Part shown: one piece after another, positions 38,156-52,315 of the stretch
How positions within the stretch are numbered: the stretch's first letter is position 1
Layout: each line of letters begins with the position of its first letter
Assembly (NCBI RefSeq): GCF_009834535.1
Contig: NC_045697.1
Span: 84,136,001 to 84,200,000 of the forward strand
Direction: 5' to 3'
DNA length: 64,000 nucleotides
Origin: Camelus ferus
Taxonomy: Eukaryota
Position numbers and translations under genes: made by a program
The notes under the pieces: generated by a model
Database searches by the model: none
Told to the model about the DNA's origin: nothing
Seen by the model: only the letters and a program-made list of their open reading frames with translations

Positions 38156-38325
38156 ATGTGGATGGCATGGATCTGGGCAAAAAAGTCAGCATCCCCAGAG
38201 ACATCATGTTGGAAGAATTATCCCATCTCAGTAACCGTGGTGCCAGACTATTTAAGATGCGACAAAGAAGATCTGATAAATATACATTTGAAAATCTCCA
38301 GTATGAATCTAAAGCACAAATAAAT
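38156..38325 (+). CDS. MYOZ2: Myozenin-2 coding exon 2 (gene exon 3): (D)[56 protein letters not shown]
   Basis: Acceptor TTTTACAG|, donor AAT|GTAGGT; overlaps ORF 38158..38340; conserved calsarcin N-terminal block. Confidence 0.97.
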
Positions 38326-41300
38326 GTAGGTATACCTTGATCATATGGTATCTAAATAAATGGGCAGCATTTCTAAATTTAAATGTATTACTAGGTTCCC
38401 AAATAAGTCTACACATTTTCTTTCTATTGATCCTGCTAGACTTTTTTTTTTTCATGAAAGTAATAAATAGGTGGATAAACAAAAGAAATATTATGCATGA
38501 TATGAGTATCTTTTTAGTTCAATAGAGACATTTTACTGAACAACTGGTCTGTTCTGCTAAGAGGAGGGAGAGGGAGTGAAGATTGGTGGTACTAAAAGTT
38601 TCCATGGCCTTATCACCACTAGTTAAATGTTTGGGATGGAAACACTTCCAAAGCACACAGTGCTCCATAAAGTAAGTATAAGCATTTTATTGGCTGAACA
38701 TATTCTGGCACTGAAATGTGCCTGGGAACTACAGACACAGTTGATCTCCTCTCAAAGCATTAATTCCATATTTGTGTAGGGAAGTCTGGTACGTATTAAC
38801 AACAAAACCAATGTGAAGAAAACTCTTTGGACAAAAGTTTTCCTCAACCAAAAGTTTAAAAACAAATTAATTAATTAAATTATAGTTTACATATTGCATT
38901 AATACCATGTTCTTTTAAACTATCATTTAGAGAGATTTTAGAGGAAGAAGTTCATAGTAGAAAAACAACCAGCTCTGGGAAAATGGCCTTAAAAATAAAA
39001 TACCAGCCATAAAGAATCAAAAAGGAATAGTGCATTGGTTTTAAATTTGAAGAGATGGTGAAGACTACAACAAATATAAGTTTTATATCCTGAGGGTTAC
39101 TTCCTATAGCTATGAAAAGTCTGTAAGTTTACGTATGAATTTAAACCTGAAATGTAGCCAGCTGCCATCATTAGAACATTGTTTTGAATGCACAGCTAAA
39201 TACTTTACAGCAAACAGACTAGTTTCACTGATCTTTTATCATATTACTGAAACATATGACAGAAGTAACATCCACACCCACAAACACTAAAATGTTATTC
39301 ATTCCTGAAATTTCTATTTCCCTTGTTTTGATTCTGGTTAACAGTAAACGGTTGGAGGACATCTTAAATTAAACAGGTTTCTTTTTCACATTGTTGAGCA
39401 CCCTTCAACATCCACAGATTGAATGTGGTTATAATTATGAATTCAGTTAGACATCAAGTTTTACTCAACTACAGTATTTACATTTATGAGGGATGATTTT
39501 CACTTGCAGTCATGGATAAATACAATGTTATGTTATCCTATAATTATGCTTAGTATCCTCTTATCAGAAAATGTCTACAGTTAATACACTATGAGCCTGA
39601 AATAATCCTTACTTCATCTGACAGAGTCTAACAATATAATCATATTCCATTAATAATAACAACAGAGAAGCAGCTTTAAGGAATAGCATAAAATAAGGTG
39701 GCTTAATGAAAATTCTTTGAAAAGTTACCTACAAGTTTAGGCATCTAAATAAATGAATAAATCCAGTTTTCATAACTTATATTTACATATATTAATTTAA
39801 CGAAAGCAATGGCAAAATAAAGTAGACTGAAACTCAGCTCTCAGAATTCCAGAGTTCTTGGCACTGACACTTGTCGTGGTGTAATTAAAGGACACTCTGG
39901 CCTAGGAACCAGAAGACCAGTGTTCAGTCCTGGCTCTCCAACAAGCTGTGCAAATTGGAGGCAATTTAAAAGTTTTTTTGCCCTTCTGAACCTGTTTTCT
40001 CATTTATGAAATAAGAGGTTGACTCAAATGTTTTCCAGTTTCTCAAATGCGACTTATAACTTTAAAGATCTATGTTCTCTGATCTTAATTCTAAAAATGA
40101 CGTGTAAAATAAAGTAGGAGGAAGACAGTGAGCTACATCATATGATGACACCATTTGTTTTATCAAGGCATTAAACTGTAACTTGGAGCAAGCATTGTTA
40201 ATATGATAAGAATTTAAAAAATAATATTAGGTTCAGGTTTATTTCCATTCATTTATTTATACTTTTGGCAAATATTTATTAAATACCTACTATGTTCTAG
40301 AAAATATGCTGGGACTTCAAAGATAAATAGATACAGCCTTTGTCTAGTGATAGAGAGACAAAATAATATTGAAAGATAAAAACTATTTGCTTATAATCTA
40401 GTTCTTGAATCATATTTATATGATTTATATCAAATTAATTTATTGACCTCATTTTCTGAAATGAGCTTTTACTTTTACTGCTTCCCTTGAGCTATAGATA
40501 CTGTCAAAATAATTATTTAGTGTATATTTATGCATTTCTTATTTTATTATAATGTTAGGACCTCATTAGATGAAAATATAAACCAACTCCCTGGTAATCA
40601 GTGCCATTTGTTTAAATATTAAGAATCATTTAAAAAAATAAGCACAGCTTTGAGCTTAATCTATTGCTGAGAAACAGGCAAATTCAGGCCACACAAACCT
40701 TGCTATGACTTAAAAAATATAGGAAATATGCTTGTTATACATGCCACTTTTGAAGCCCTAATTCATGAACTGATCAGCTTCATACATGAATAGGAAAAAA
40801 AAGAGGCAGAGTAATGAAGGAAATAAACATATGAGGGAAAACAAAATAGAAGATTGATTCATCATAATTAAACTCTCTTCTATAAATCATTACAAAAGGA
40901 TACTAATCAAAACAATCCACATTTTATAGTTAAGACTACTTATGTTTTTAGTAACTAGGGACTTTTTGAAATCCTTAGAAATCTTAAATAATACTGGGAA
41001 AAGGGGAGGTATACTATAAAAAGTAGTTGTGAATTAAGACCAAACTAAATATACTGAGATTCTGAATATCTATTTTGTTAAAAAAAAAAAAAAAAACCAA
41101 CTTCTACTTTACATTTGGCACAAAATATAGAACACTTCTTTTCTAAACCCTTTTATTTCTATTGATATTGCAACAAAAATTATGAAATATATATAAACAC
41201 ATGCTTATAACTTACATGTTTGTAATCTATAAGATAGTGCTCTAGTTTTATTTTATTTATGGTCAATTTAACTGAAATAGAAAGAAATACATTTCACTTG

Positions 41301-43209
41301 TCTTTCCAACTTTTCCAGAAGGGAATTACACATGAGGGAACTCTATAATTTAAGGCTCATGTCATAACTAAAATAAGTCACTAACCAACTATCATAAGGC
41401 TCTGTTTGTATACTTAACAATGACAAAAGAGGTACTGGGTGTCTCCTGATAATTAATGACTAGTTGGAAAGAGTTGATTTTCCTGTTCATCATTAATCCC
41501 TGGGTAAAATACTATAAAGGAGGTCAATATTACAATTCTTAAATTAATGTAGGTAGAATGATTTGTAAGTTTAGGTGAAATTCATTTCATGGATACATTT
41601 CAGTAACTCAGAATAAGTAATTCTTTATGCATGATACAGTTAAACTTTCTATATTTATCTCAACTGTCTTTTATTTATAATTAATGTCAGCAAAAACATT
41701 TCTCTTTTCTAAGAGGTGGTGTAGGTTCAAAAGTGAAAAAAGATACTAATCTAGTCCATTAAATTGAACACTTAAAATAATAGCTAAACTGAAAACACTG
41801 AATACCAGACTGATGTATCTGAGTACAGCATTACTCATCTTTAGAAACTGTTTCTTATGTCTATTGAATAAACTGCAAACGCTTATGCCCAGTAATCAAT
41901 ACCTTGTACTTAACTAGTAAATGTTACCTCTCTCATGCCTTCCTGCATCTTTGAACAAGCTGGTTTACCACTGCTAACACAGATTGCCCTACTCATCTCC
42001 ACAGCAACTTTACCAGGGTGCTGACTAGAGTAAGGTGAATAGGAAAGCCCCCTGGAGAGTGGCTGTGGGTAGCTGAAGCCTGAAAATGGGAAAACTTTAT
42101 TTTCTTCATAATTTTAGGTGAGGTCTTAATTTATGGTCTTTAATTATGGTAAGCATTTGGATTTTAGGACAAAATAGTCTTTTATCCTCACATTTCTATA
42201 AAGTTAAGTAAGTATTAAATTATAAAATTTTACTTCACCTAATCATCTTATAAATAAATAAAAAATGAAAAATGTTTTAAATATTTTCTGCTTATGTCAC
42301 AGAATAAAAGTCAAAATTGGTCTTTATTTGCCGTGATCGTCAATAAATTTCTTTCTGAAGTTACAAGATGATTTGACCTTATATATTTCTTAAATAGATT
42401 GGCTTCTTTTTAAAATATATACATATTTCCCATATATAACCAAAATAATATCTTATTATAGAGATAAGCCCTAGCCATACTTCTGAGGCTATAACCTATT
42501 ACAATGTCTCTTTTTCTCCAGTAAAATGCAAATTGACTGTTTTTAAAGTGCTAAACTGCCATAGAGTAAATCCTAAATTGTAATAGTAAAACAAATTGAC
42601 CTAAAACATTAACGACAAATGCTCTTTTAAGCTTTTTATTTTCTAGAAATCCCAAATTCTTCTTTCTATAAGTCCATGTAGCTTAAAGTACAATTTTTTT
42701 CTTTTGGTTATACATGACTGCTATATGAATTTCAGATTAAATTTTGAAACAAAACATACTAAAGAATATAATTTAATTTCAACTATAAATAAAGTAGTAA
42801 TGTAACAATGACTAAGCCAAATGTTTGGCGAGTATGCTGTATAATATTAAATTAACAAAGGCTTAAAAATGAAATAGATTTACTTTATGGGGATGTCGTT
42901 AACAGTAAATTAAATAATTGATACAAAGCCCTGGACACAGTGCCTGGCACACAATAAGGCTCAATTAATTATTGTTTAGTGGATTGTCATCATAAAAGAG
43001 ATCTTAGATTGGTAACAGTAAAATTTCTCACTCAATAGCTCAACCAATTACCACATAAATTATTGAAACCTCATGAAGTAATGAAGTGGCATTGTATTTA
43101 AATTCTAAATTCTAAGTATATAAATGTAGCATTGTACAAATGATATCTCCTATTGGTGTATCTGATATTTTTTGAGTTTTCAGCTGAGTTTACTTTTGGT
43201 CAAATACAG

Positions 43210-43339
43210 TACAACATTGCTATGCAGAATGAGAAAATGGATGGAAGCAACTTGGAAAGTGGTTCACAGCAAGCCCCATTTACTCCTCCCAACACCCCGG
43301 ATCCACGAAGTCCACCAAATCCTGAAAATATTGCACCAG
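43210..43339 (+). CDS. MYOZ2: Myozenin-2 coding exon 3 (gene exon 4): [43 protein letters not shown]+G
   Basis: Acceptor AAATACAG|, donor CAG|GTAAGT; within ORF 43153..43347; phases fit neighbours (0 in, 1 out). Confidence 0.95.
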
Positions 43340-44489
43340 GTAAGTAATCCTCTCACAGACAGAACAATAAGGTGCTGTGCACTTAAATATATGACTCAAG
43401 TTATTTAGATCCTTTAGCAAATGGTATCTAAATAATACAGTTTTTCTTATTATGTATCTATTTTGTAGATATAGATACATTTTCAAGATAAATGTAAAGA
43501 TTTAGCCCTAGAAGAGTCATGTAAAACATTTATAGTAGTCTTATGTTCTTTCAGATGGTCCATTGTAGTTATTGGCAATCACCTACTGTATTAAAATTAA
43601 GTTGTTTGTAATTATATTGTAATCCTATTTGTATAGAACTATACAATTTATCAAGTGATATGTATGTCTTCTTTAATTTAATAATTATTATATACTTATG
43701 ATAATACTCATTTTACAAATTAAGAACCTGACATTATGAATAGCTATAAGCCAATACTGACTGATCAAGAATTAAATCCAGGTCTGGTACCAAATTTACA
43801 GATGCCTCATGTGAAATGACCTTGTGGAGATTGCTTTTGTATTTTCTGCTTCCTTAGAGGACTTTAATCCTTAAGACAGTATATTTGTTTATTATCTTAA
43901 AAGAGAAGCAAATCCTTATCCAAGTCAGTTAATGTTATTTAGAAATATTGTTCGATTTTGAAATATTAAATCAGAAAAATTATCTGATCTATTTAGACAA
44001 TACCTTTTCAAAATAACTCAAAGCAAACGATCTTTAAGTTTTTCCTCAAGTAATGTATAAAATAGATTTATAAAATTTTCAAAAACTTATATAGATATAG
44101 TGAAATTAGCAACACCTGTCATATTTTTGTAAGTTAAATAGTAAATTTAGTGAAAGTAATTCTAGAATTCTCAGATGACAATAGGGTTTTTGAAAACATA
44201 AAAGTAAAGCAACTGTATAATATGAAATCTTATTTAAAAAGTAAGTCGAATATTAGTCAATGATGAGCTTGGATTTATTAGGACATTCTTACTGAACACA
44301 ATGAGAAAAAAGTATCAATGGACATAATAAAATAACATTAATGGAAACCAAATGCACAATTAGAATGCATAGAATTCTGAAGTGAAGTTGTAATAAGTTT
44401 CTCAAATAGCTTTCCAACGGCTTTTCTACAGCAGAAAAGCAGGCAACATATTCTACACATACAACATTAAACACATGGTGGGGAGAAAC

Positions 44490-44710
44490 AAGCTTTAGAA
44501 TCAGACAGATGTTGGTTCAACCTACTGGATCCTTCCATCCCTGCCCATTTTACTACTGTGTTGGGAAATAAAATAAATCTCTTTGAGTCTCAGTTTCCTC
44601 AGTCTGTAAAATAAGAAAAATAAATCACACTGAACAGGGTCATAGTGAGAATAAAATATGATAATGCAAGTTTCACCTGTAACATATAATAAAGTATTCA
44701 GTTAAAATTA
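44490..44710 (+). mobile_element. MIR SINE
   Basis: gctttagaatcagacaga...tctctttgagtctcagtttcctcagtctgtaaaataag. Confidence 0.7.
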
Positions 44711-45959
44711 ATTCTTTTCCTATCCACTTTTATATCCTTAACACATAATAGACTATATATATTCTTTTAGCGCCAACCACTGTACTGCAACCTCTTGCTT
44801 TCTAATGTTTGGAATGTTAGGGGTTTTTTTTAATAGGAAAGAGAAGACATATAGAAAAGTTTATGTTGATACAATCCAGTACTTTCATCACTAAGTTAAA
44901 ATTTTTATTATATAATCATTATTATAAACTAAGAAAATTGCAAAAGGAATAGGAAAATTCATCTCTATCCTCAAGGAATTCATACATAGGGAAACAGGAT
45001 GAATGTCCACACCATATTTGTAGTCTCATTTCCTCTCTGCATACATAATTCAATATCATATTATGCATTTTATTTACTGTCAGTAATCTAATAATAAAAT
45101 AGTTACTAAATAATAAAATAAAGAAAATAATAAAAATATATCTATCTGTGTGTATATATGTATATATAAAGAGAAATTTTAAAAGTATAAATTCATATAG
45201 TTATTTAAAGCTAAATATTAAATTATTGAATATTAGGACATACCTATGTAATACAGACTAAGAAAAGGGGAATTTGTAGGTTATCACATAGTTTGTCAAG
45301 AAGCAACAGTAATGGATCCTTCCTTCTTGGTTGATGAGTTGAAAAGTACAACAAATTCAGGAAGCAAACTATAACTTATTCTAATTCAACAAAAAATGTT
45401 ATTGACTGATCTACTGTGTATCCACAAGACAACTTAAATTCTTTGAATGTAAAGTTTATATTAAAGACATACTTAAAAGTCAAGCAAAAATGTTGACATG
45501 TCGAATTACTGAATTGTAATAATTCTGAGAGGTTAAACATATGCACATTCTTTCCTGTAAATAACCCAGTATATCAAAATAGAAAAAGTTATTAGTTAAT
45601 TATATTAAAAATTGGAAAACCCAGAATACTAGAAAAATGTGAAAAGATTAGACCAATTATGGTTCCTCCAGTCGACATATGATTATAAAACCCTTAAAAT
45701 GGTCATGAACATGATGCAGAAACTTTAAAAAATATTTCAAACAAAACTGATTAGCAATAAAATACAAAGTTCCTTGTGCATTAGAATTATAGTTATGTGA
45801 TCATTATGTTTATGGATGAAGAGAAACTGGGGAGAAAATATACAAAATTTATCTTTGGGTGGTGGGATTTCAAGAAAATTTTTAAAATGCAATATTTTTA
45901 AATTTCTAATTTTTATATGGCTGACCTCTGATCAATTTTATAAAAGGGACAGAAAATAA

Positions 45960-47060
45960 AATGTGATAGTTATGATAATGGAGTTATGTATGCTATACAA
46001 AGGAAAGACACAGGAAAAGGTTAATTCTGGTTTCCTAGGAAAGCCAGGAATGGATACATAGAAGAGATAACCTCAAGCTAAGACTTCAAATAGGAAGTTG
46101 AAGTCAACAAGAGTTAGAGAGAGCATTCCAGGTACAGTGAACAAATAGAAGAAGTAAGGAGCCATAAAGGGGCACAAGAAGCTTCAAGCAGATCCATGGC
46201 TCTGGAACATAAAATGTGAGAGGTGAATGTAGGAGATGAGACTGGGCAGTTGGGTAGGGCCGTTTGTGTCACGTTGAGTAGTTTTGATTTTTGTCCCGAG
46301 GAGCCATTTACAGCACCAGCCCAGAGTAAGGGAAGTGAGTCACCTGATCAAGTTTTCCAGTTAAAAAGGTCACTCAGGCAATGTGGAGGGTGCCTGGAAG
46401 AAGGGTTGAGAACTAAAGGATTTGTGTGAAGGCTATTGTGAAAGCCCAGACAAGAAGTGCGCAGGGCCTGAACCACGCAAGTAATAATGGTAATGAGGAA
46501 GAAGGAATTTGCTAGAGCAAGGGTTCCCAACGTTCTGTTTGTAAATCATGTGCATAACATTTGTAAGCCATACCTGAGACTTACTGTCTCTGGAGGGAAG
46601 AACCCATTACCAACATTTTAAGTAGGTGCCCAAGGTGATTCAGAAACACAAGGTTGAGAGCCCCTATTTTAAAAATCCTTAAGAAGTATAGTTGGTAATA
46701 TTTAATGATTTTTTGTGGAAATGAAGGATTATTTAGGACAATGCTTCTGTTGTGGACATCTGAGAATAGTGATAGCATTTGCTAAGATGACCAGTATAGA
46801 AAAAGAAGCAGGATATATTAGAAAATGGCTGTATACAGACCTAGACAGGTTATAAAGGGTGCCCGGGGAACATTCATTTGGAAAAAAATAATAGGTGGTT
46901 GAATAGAAGGGCTTGAAGATCAAAAACAAACCCTAGAATCATCAATATCTAGGTTACAATTAAAGCCATGAACATAAATGGAATTTTCTAGGCAGACTGT
47001 ACAGTGTAAGAAAAGAGCTTTGAGGAATACCAACATTGAACATTGAAGTGGCAAGCAAGA
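45960..47060 (-). mobile_element. L2 fragment with a nested MER5-like element (about 46518-46665)
   Basis: Purine-rich antisense L2 text (gagagcattccaggtacag, tttgattttt, gggcctgaac); MER5-like caagggttccca...ccaaggtgattc...gttgagagccc. Confidence 0.6.
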
Positions 47061-48032
47061 AGCCATCTACCAGAGACTATGATTTGATTCTGAAGAGAAT
47101 CAGAAGAAAATTATATTGCTGCAAACAAATAACATCTTATTGGTGGAGTTATAAAGAGTCTTTAGAAAAGATAAACAAATTTTTAGTGTAAAAAAAGGAT
47201 AGCCATAGTTTGACAGAAGAAAATAGGAAACATTTTAGAGAGGGAAAAGAGCATCAGGGAAACCTAAAAGTAGAAATGGTCACTTGGGAAAGGGTTTTGA
47301 CATTTGTGCAAGAGAGAATTATATGAGGGCCATAACTAGGTGGTATGGTAATATAGCTGGAGAGTAAATAGCTGTGCCTTTGAAGCCTTGAAGAATGTGA
47401 AAACAGTTTCACATTTATGCCACGGATTTGTGTGATTTTTAAATGACACTTACAGAAAATTTCTAGCTCATGTGAGAAGAATACATTGAGGTGAGACTGG
47501 AAGCAGAAAAGTTTGGTAAGAAATCCTCTGGAACAAAGTAAACAAGGGATGGACACATCAGGGAATAAGAAGATCAGGGCCCAACTAAGGCAGTGGAAAC
47601 AAGTTACTTCATCATTTTGAAGACTGGACCTCTCAGCAATTTAAGATAAAGAACATTTTCTCTAAAGAATCAGCTCCCAAAGGAAGGAGATTTTGTCTTC
47701 ACTGCTGTTTCCCCAGAGCCTAGACCACAGTAGGCAATATACATTTCTAAATTAATTCATTAATTGTGGTATCTAAAACCAGAATAAATTAATGTAAGTG
47801 GTATAGTTTTTAAAAATCAAGTAAACAGTTTCAGTGAACAAATATATACTAAGATAGTCAAGGAAGAAACTAATTGTATGATTTGGTAAAATTCTTTCAG
47901 AAATTTCATAAGTTTAAAGGGGTTTTTAAAATGTCTAACACTTTCAGACTACTCTTTTCTGAGAGATCATAAAAAGAATGCCTTCTTCATAAATTACCCC
48001 TGCATGAAAAATTAGACATAGTAAAATGTTAG

Positions 48033-48281
<249 letters not shown>

Positions 48282-49074
48282 TAATTCAATTATCCTGAGT
48301 GACACTGTTGGCATGTAATACCAAGGTTTTTTATCATAGTACAGAGAACTGAATTCTCTGGTAGAAAATTTTTTTTCTTTTAAGAAAAGACTTTAAATAG
48401 TAATATATGGTATCTCCTTAGCATAGGCAAAGACTCATTTTTACAATACTAATGTCAAGCCTTGGTCCTTTTTAGTATAAAAATGAAGGCTATGATTCAG
48501 AAACTATCACCATTATAATATCAAGATTACCCCCACATTTTAAAATGTTATTTTGATAATAATTTCTAATCCAAAGATTGATATTAGTTATGTGTTCTTT
48601 CAAATGACAATGTTGTTCAAGAATCTCAGAAATTATTCGCATGTAGGACTATGAGAATTACTATCTAATTCCACGTTCCAATTTATATTGTGTAGGCTTT
48701 AAACCAGATTAAAGGTAATTTAGGGATTTATGGCCCAAGGCTCCACACATACACAAACCAAAACTTATGCTACTAAAAATACTGCCAAATAATATCTGCT
48801 ATGATGATTATAGTTTACACAATAGACATTTATTTTTCACTGTTAACTATTTTTTATAATTTCCATGGGGATTTACATATATTTTTAATGGTTTCATAAT
48901 TCATTCTTTGATCACTTAATTTTCATTTTAGAGTAAAATATCTCCAGATATTGTCCCACACCCACTCAATTTATAGGTTTCTTAGTGACCATTCATCTAA
49001 AAATTAATAAATTAAGGAGTAACTCTTTGATTTACAAAAGAATCCACAAAGTCCACATTTAAATAGTGATCTTC

Positions 49075-49232
49075 GGAGGTGGGTAGGGGAGGGTATAGCT
49101 CAGTGGTAAAGCTCATGCTTAGCGTGCATGATATCCTGGGTTCAATCCCCAGTACCCTCATTAAAAAAGTAAATAAATAAAAGAATAAACCTAAATTACC
49201 CCCTGCACCCCCTAAAAATTTTTACTTTAAAA
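49075..49232 (+). mobile_element. tRNA-derived SINE, camelid Vic-1-like, with a 14-bp TSD
   Basis: GGGGAGGGTATAGCTCAGTGGT (A box), GGGTTCAATCCCCAGTACC (B box), A-rich tail; TSD AAATAGTGATCTTC at 49061-49074 and 49233-49246. Confidence 0.85.
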
Positions 49233-49829
49233 AAATAGTGATCTTCTTTAGTACTTTTAAAGGTATTGTACTTATTAATTATCAACATTTTAGTTTTCAC
49301 ATACTACTATAGTAATAGTATCAGTACTACATCTATTATTAACACACTAGTGATACATCTACTAGTATTTCATCTAATACTATTAACATTATTAGTAATA
49401 CTAACTGTGTAAGTACTACATATATTGCATAAATGAGATATACCACAGAATTTAAAGAGGGGTTGGGGAGTGGCAAGGAAAGGATGGAAGCCCATTCTAA
49501 TCAATGACATAATTAAAAAAAAATTAGAGTGTAGAAAATTATAAACAGTAAAACATTCGGGAAAATGAAAATAATGGAATACTTGCAGCTTGTTTTTGAG
49601 ATTAGTGCTTTAGAGATGCCATATCTGTGTACCTTGCGCTTTCAGTACCCCACACTTGCTGAGCAGCTTGCTTCCAGTTCTACAGACACACTGGTGTATC
49701 TGGGTTGCTTATAAAGAGATGCCTATTGATTGTATAAAGACCAAGCGCTATAAAAACGAACACAATACTATATAGTTAGGAAATATAGCTCCCTGTGTTA
49801 AATCAAGACTTTTGTAAATGTAACATATA

Positions 49830-49895
49830 GTGTGTGTGCCTGTGTGTGTGTGTGTGTGTGTGTGTGTGAGTGAGAGAGAGAGAGAGAGAGAGAGA
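49830..49895. repeat. Compound microsatellite (TG)n(GA)n
   Basis: About 14 uninterrupted TG units at 49841-49868, followed by a GA run. Confidence 0.97.
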
Positions 49896-51169
49896 ACTTA
49901 ACCTTCTACTACTTCTCCTTTACTTGAGAAAAATTTATTTTAATATATTTATTTTTTTCTTCTTGTAAAAGCAAATGGGAACAACAGAGAGGGGGGAAAT
50001 AAGTAGTTTCCTAATATTTCCAAAGTTTTTGCAAAGAGTAAAATAATATTGTTTGGTAGCCCCATATTATACATAATTACTAGATATTGTTAATAAAGCA
50101 TATAAGGGTGATGCAGTCTAATAGCATTCATCAGTGACAGTGACTGGATGAGAATGGGCTCCCAAGGGTAATCATAATTTCAAAATAGCCCATAGTGTAA
50201 TACAACTTTGCATTCACTCTTGTACTCATTTTGAGATATTTAAATACTATGCTATATTCAAATAACACTATATTAAACCAACGTAACATGTGAGGAAAAG
50301 TAAATTAGGGACAAGGAGGTTTCCAGCTCTGCTTCGAACTATACAATCATTTCACATAATTCTTTACCTTATAAAATATTAGTAATTATTGTGGGTGTAT
50401 TATATGTCCAGCACTATTAGTTTTTACAAATGCAAATCAATCATTGATCAAAATAAACAAGAAAGCATATATTAACTGAATATTAGTGAAACAAGCTTAT
50501 TAGTCACTACATAGATGACAAAGTATAAAACTCACTTTACATCAGATCTATGTTTGAAGAAATTATGTTATAGGAATTATAAAGATACATGGTTAAATTT
50601 CAGTAGCTATTCCAAAATTTTAGTGGAATTTTTTGCTTCACAAACTGACTAAAACTTGAAACTATTTTCAGAGATCTTAAAAATCTTTAATAGTCTCTTG
50701 CTTTGAGAGTTTAACATCTCTGTTAATAGACTTTCTTCACTTTAAGTCCAAGGGTAATAAAAATTCAAACAAACAGGATATAGTCTCAATGGTGCCAAAA
50801 AAAAGAAAACTGCTTTTCAAACAGCAACCTTTCACTGAATAAGTGGTAGGAGGTAGAAGATGGGTGATGAAATGGAAGAGAATGTTTTCATTTATGGAGG
50901 AAAATAACCCACAAATTAGGAGGGAAAAACAAAACAGAACTGGATAAAAAGGAAAAAACTAATGCATTCAGTGCCAAACCCAAACATTGGATTTCAGTGG
51001 CACAAGAACATTTCTTTTTTCATTTAATTCAGAAAAAAAATAAATGAATAAAGTTGATTTCTGGAATCAAAAATATAAGATTAATTGACCAAATTCAGCC
51101 TAAATCTAGAAATGTTCAACTCCAGCCTCTTGTATCCAATGGATAACTATATATTTTTAAACTCTTAAA

Positions 51170-51332
51170 AATAGATGTGCAGCCTGTGCAATTGCAGGGG
51201 GTCCCACACTTAAAAAGGCCATGGTTGGTTTTAATGCTTTGCCTTAATGTTTGAAATTCTTAACAATTTTTAAATAAGGGGCCCCAAGTTTTCATTTTGC
51301 ACTGCGCCCTACAAAATTATGTAGCTGGTCCT
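51170..51332. mobile_element. MER91-like hAT relic
   Basis: ttgaaattcttaacaattttt...ggggcccc...ttttcattttgcactg..ccctacaaaattatgtagctggtcct. Confidence 0.6.
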
Positions 51333-51919
51333 AATCCCAGGCTCTAAGCTTTACCCTAAACTCCTCTGCATTCAGGACATTTTTCCCTTGAAATAACTAT
51401 CTTATGCTAGAATGTGTTTTTTTTTCTCTCCTTATGTTTCACTCTTTACTTGTCTGAGTTCATTGAAATTAAAATTTAATGCAATCTTTCCATCTTTGAA
51501 TCCCTAAGATATAGCAGAATGTCTAGATGTAGTAAGCAATCAGTAATTTGTTGCATGAATAAATGAATGAATCAACAAATGAACAAACTACTGCTTTACA
51601 ATGTTAAGTTTCTAAAATGACAAAATATTGTCTTGGACATCTTAGCCATCCAAAAATAAGTTTACTTATAAACTGAAGCAAATTTGAGTCATAAAGGCTT
51701 AATTCACTAAGTAAAGTGACAAAATGTGGGACATTAAATCAGTTACATCATGATATGACATCATGAATGTGACTGGTCTGACATCATTTAGACACAGCCA
51801 AGTGGCTGAGACTCCTAAACATACTGCTCTACTCAGAAAGTGATCACAGAAGGCCCAATACTCCTTAAGAATTAGCTCGTGGGGTACAGTATAAGGTAAC
51901 ATAGAATAGCAGGTCTTCA

Positions 51920-52315
51920 GTGAGTCTGGAAGCCTGGGTTTAAATTCTGATTCTACGATTTACTAGGTCAGTGATTTTGGACAAGTCATTTAACTACTGA
52001 GCCTCAGTTTCATCTATTAAATGGGGATATAAAAAGAATCAACTCATAAAGTTGTATAAAGTTGTTGTGAGAATTTAATGATGCAATCATGTAAAGCTTT
52101 GATACTCAAAGTGTGGTCAGACCAGCTGTGCTGGCAATACCTGAGAACTGGTTAGAAATGCAGAATCTCAAGAAACATAGTAGATTGACTGAATTAGCAT
52201 CTGCACTTTAACAAGATCCCAAGGTGATTCTTATATCAACAGAGTTTGAGAAGAACTTAAAACAGTGTAGGTGCATGGTACCCAGTCAATAAATACTAGC
52301 TTTCATTATTACCAT
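51920..52315 (+). mobile_element. MIR with a nested MER5A (about 52100-52257)
   Basis: MIR core tggacaagtcatttaac...gagcctcagttt; MER5A-like ctcaaagtgtggtc...gttagaaatgcagaatctca...ttaacaagatccc.aggtgattc. Confidence 0.75.

Noticed and set aside
49086..49160. tRNA gene
   Set aside because: A and B boxes are present but the acceptor and anticodon stems are poor, and it has an A-rich tail and TSD, so it is a SINE
49300..49420. TACTA/TAGTA-rich quasi-palindromic patch as a hairpin or miRNA
   Set aside because: Low-complexity AT-rich sequence with only short palindromes and no long stable stem
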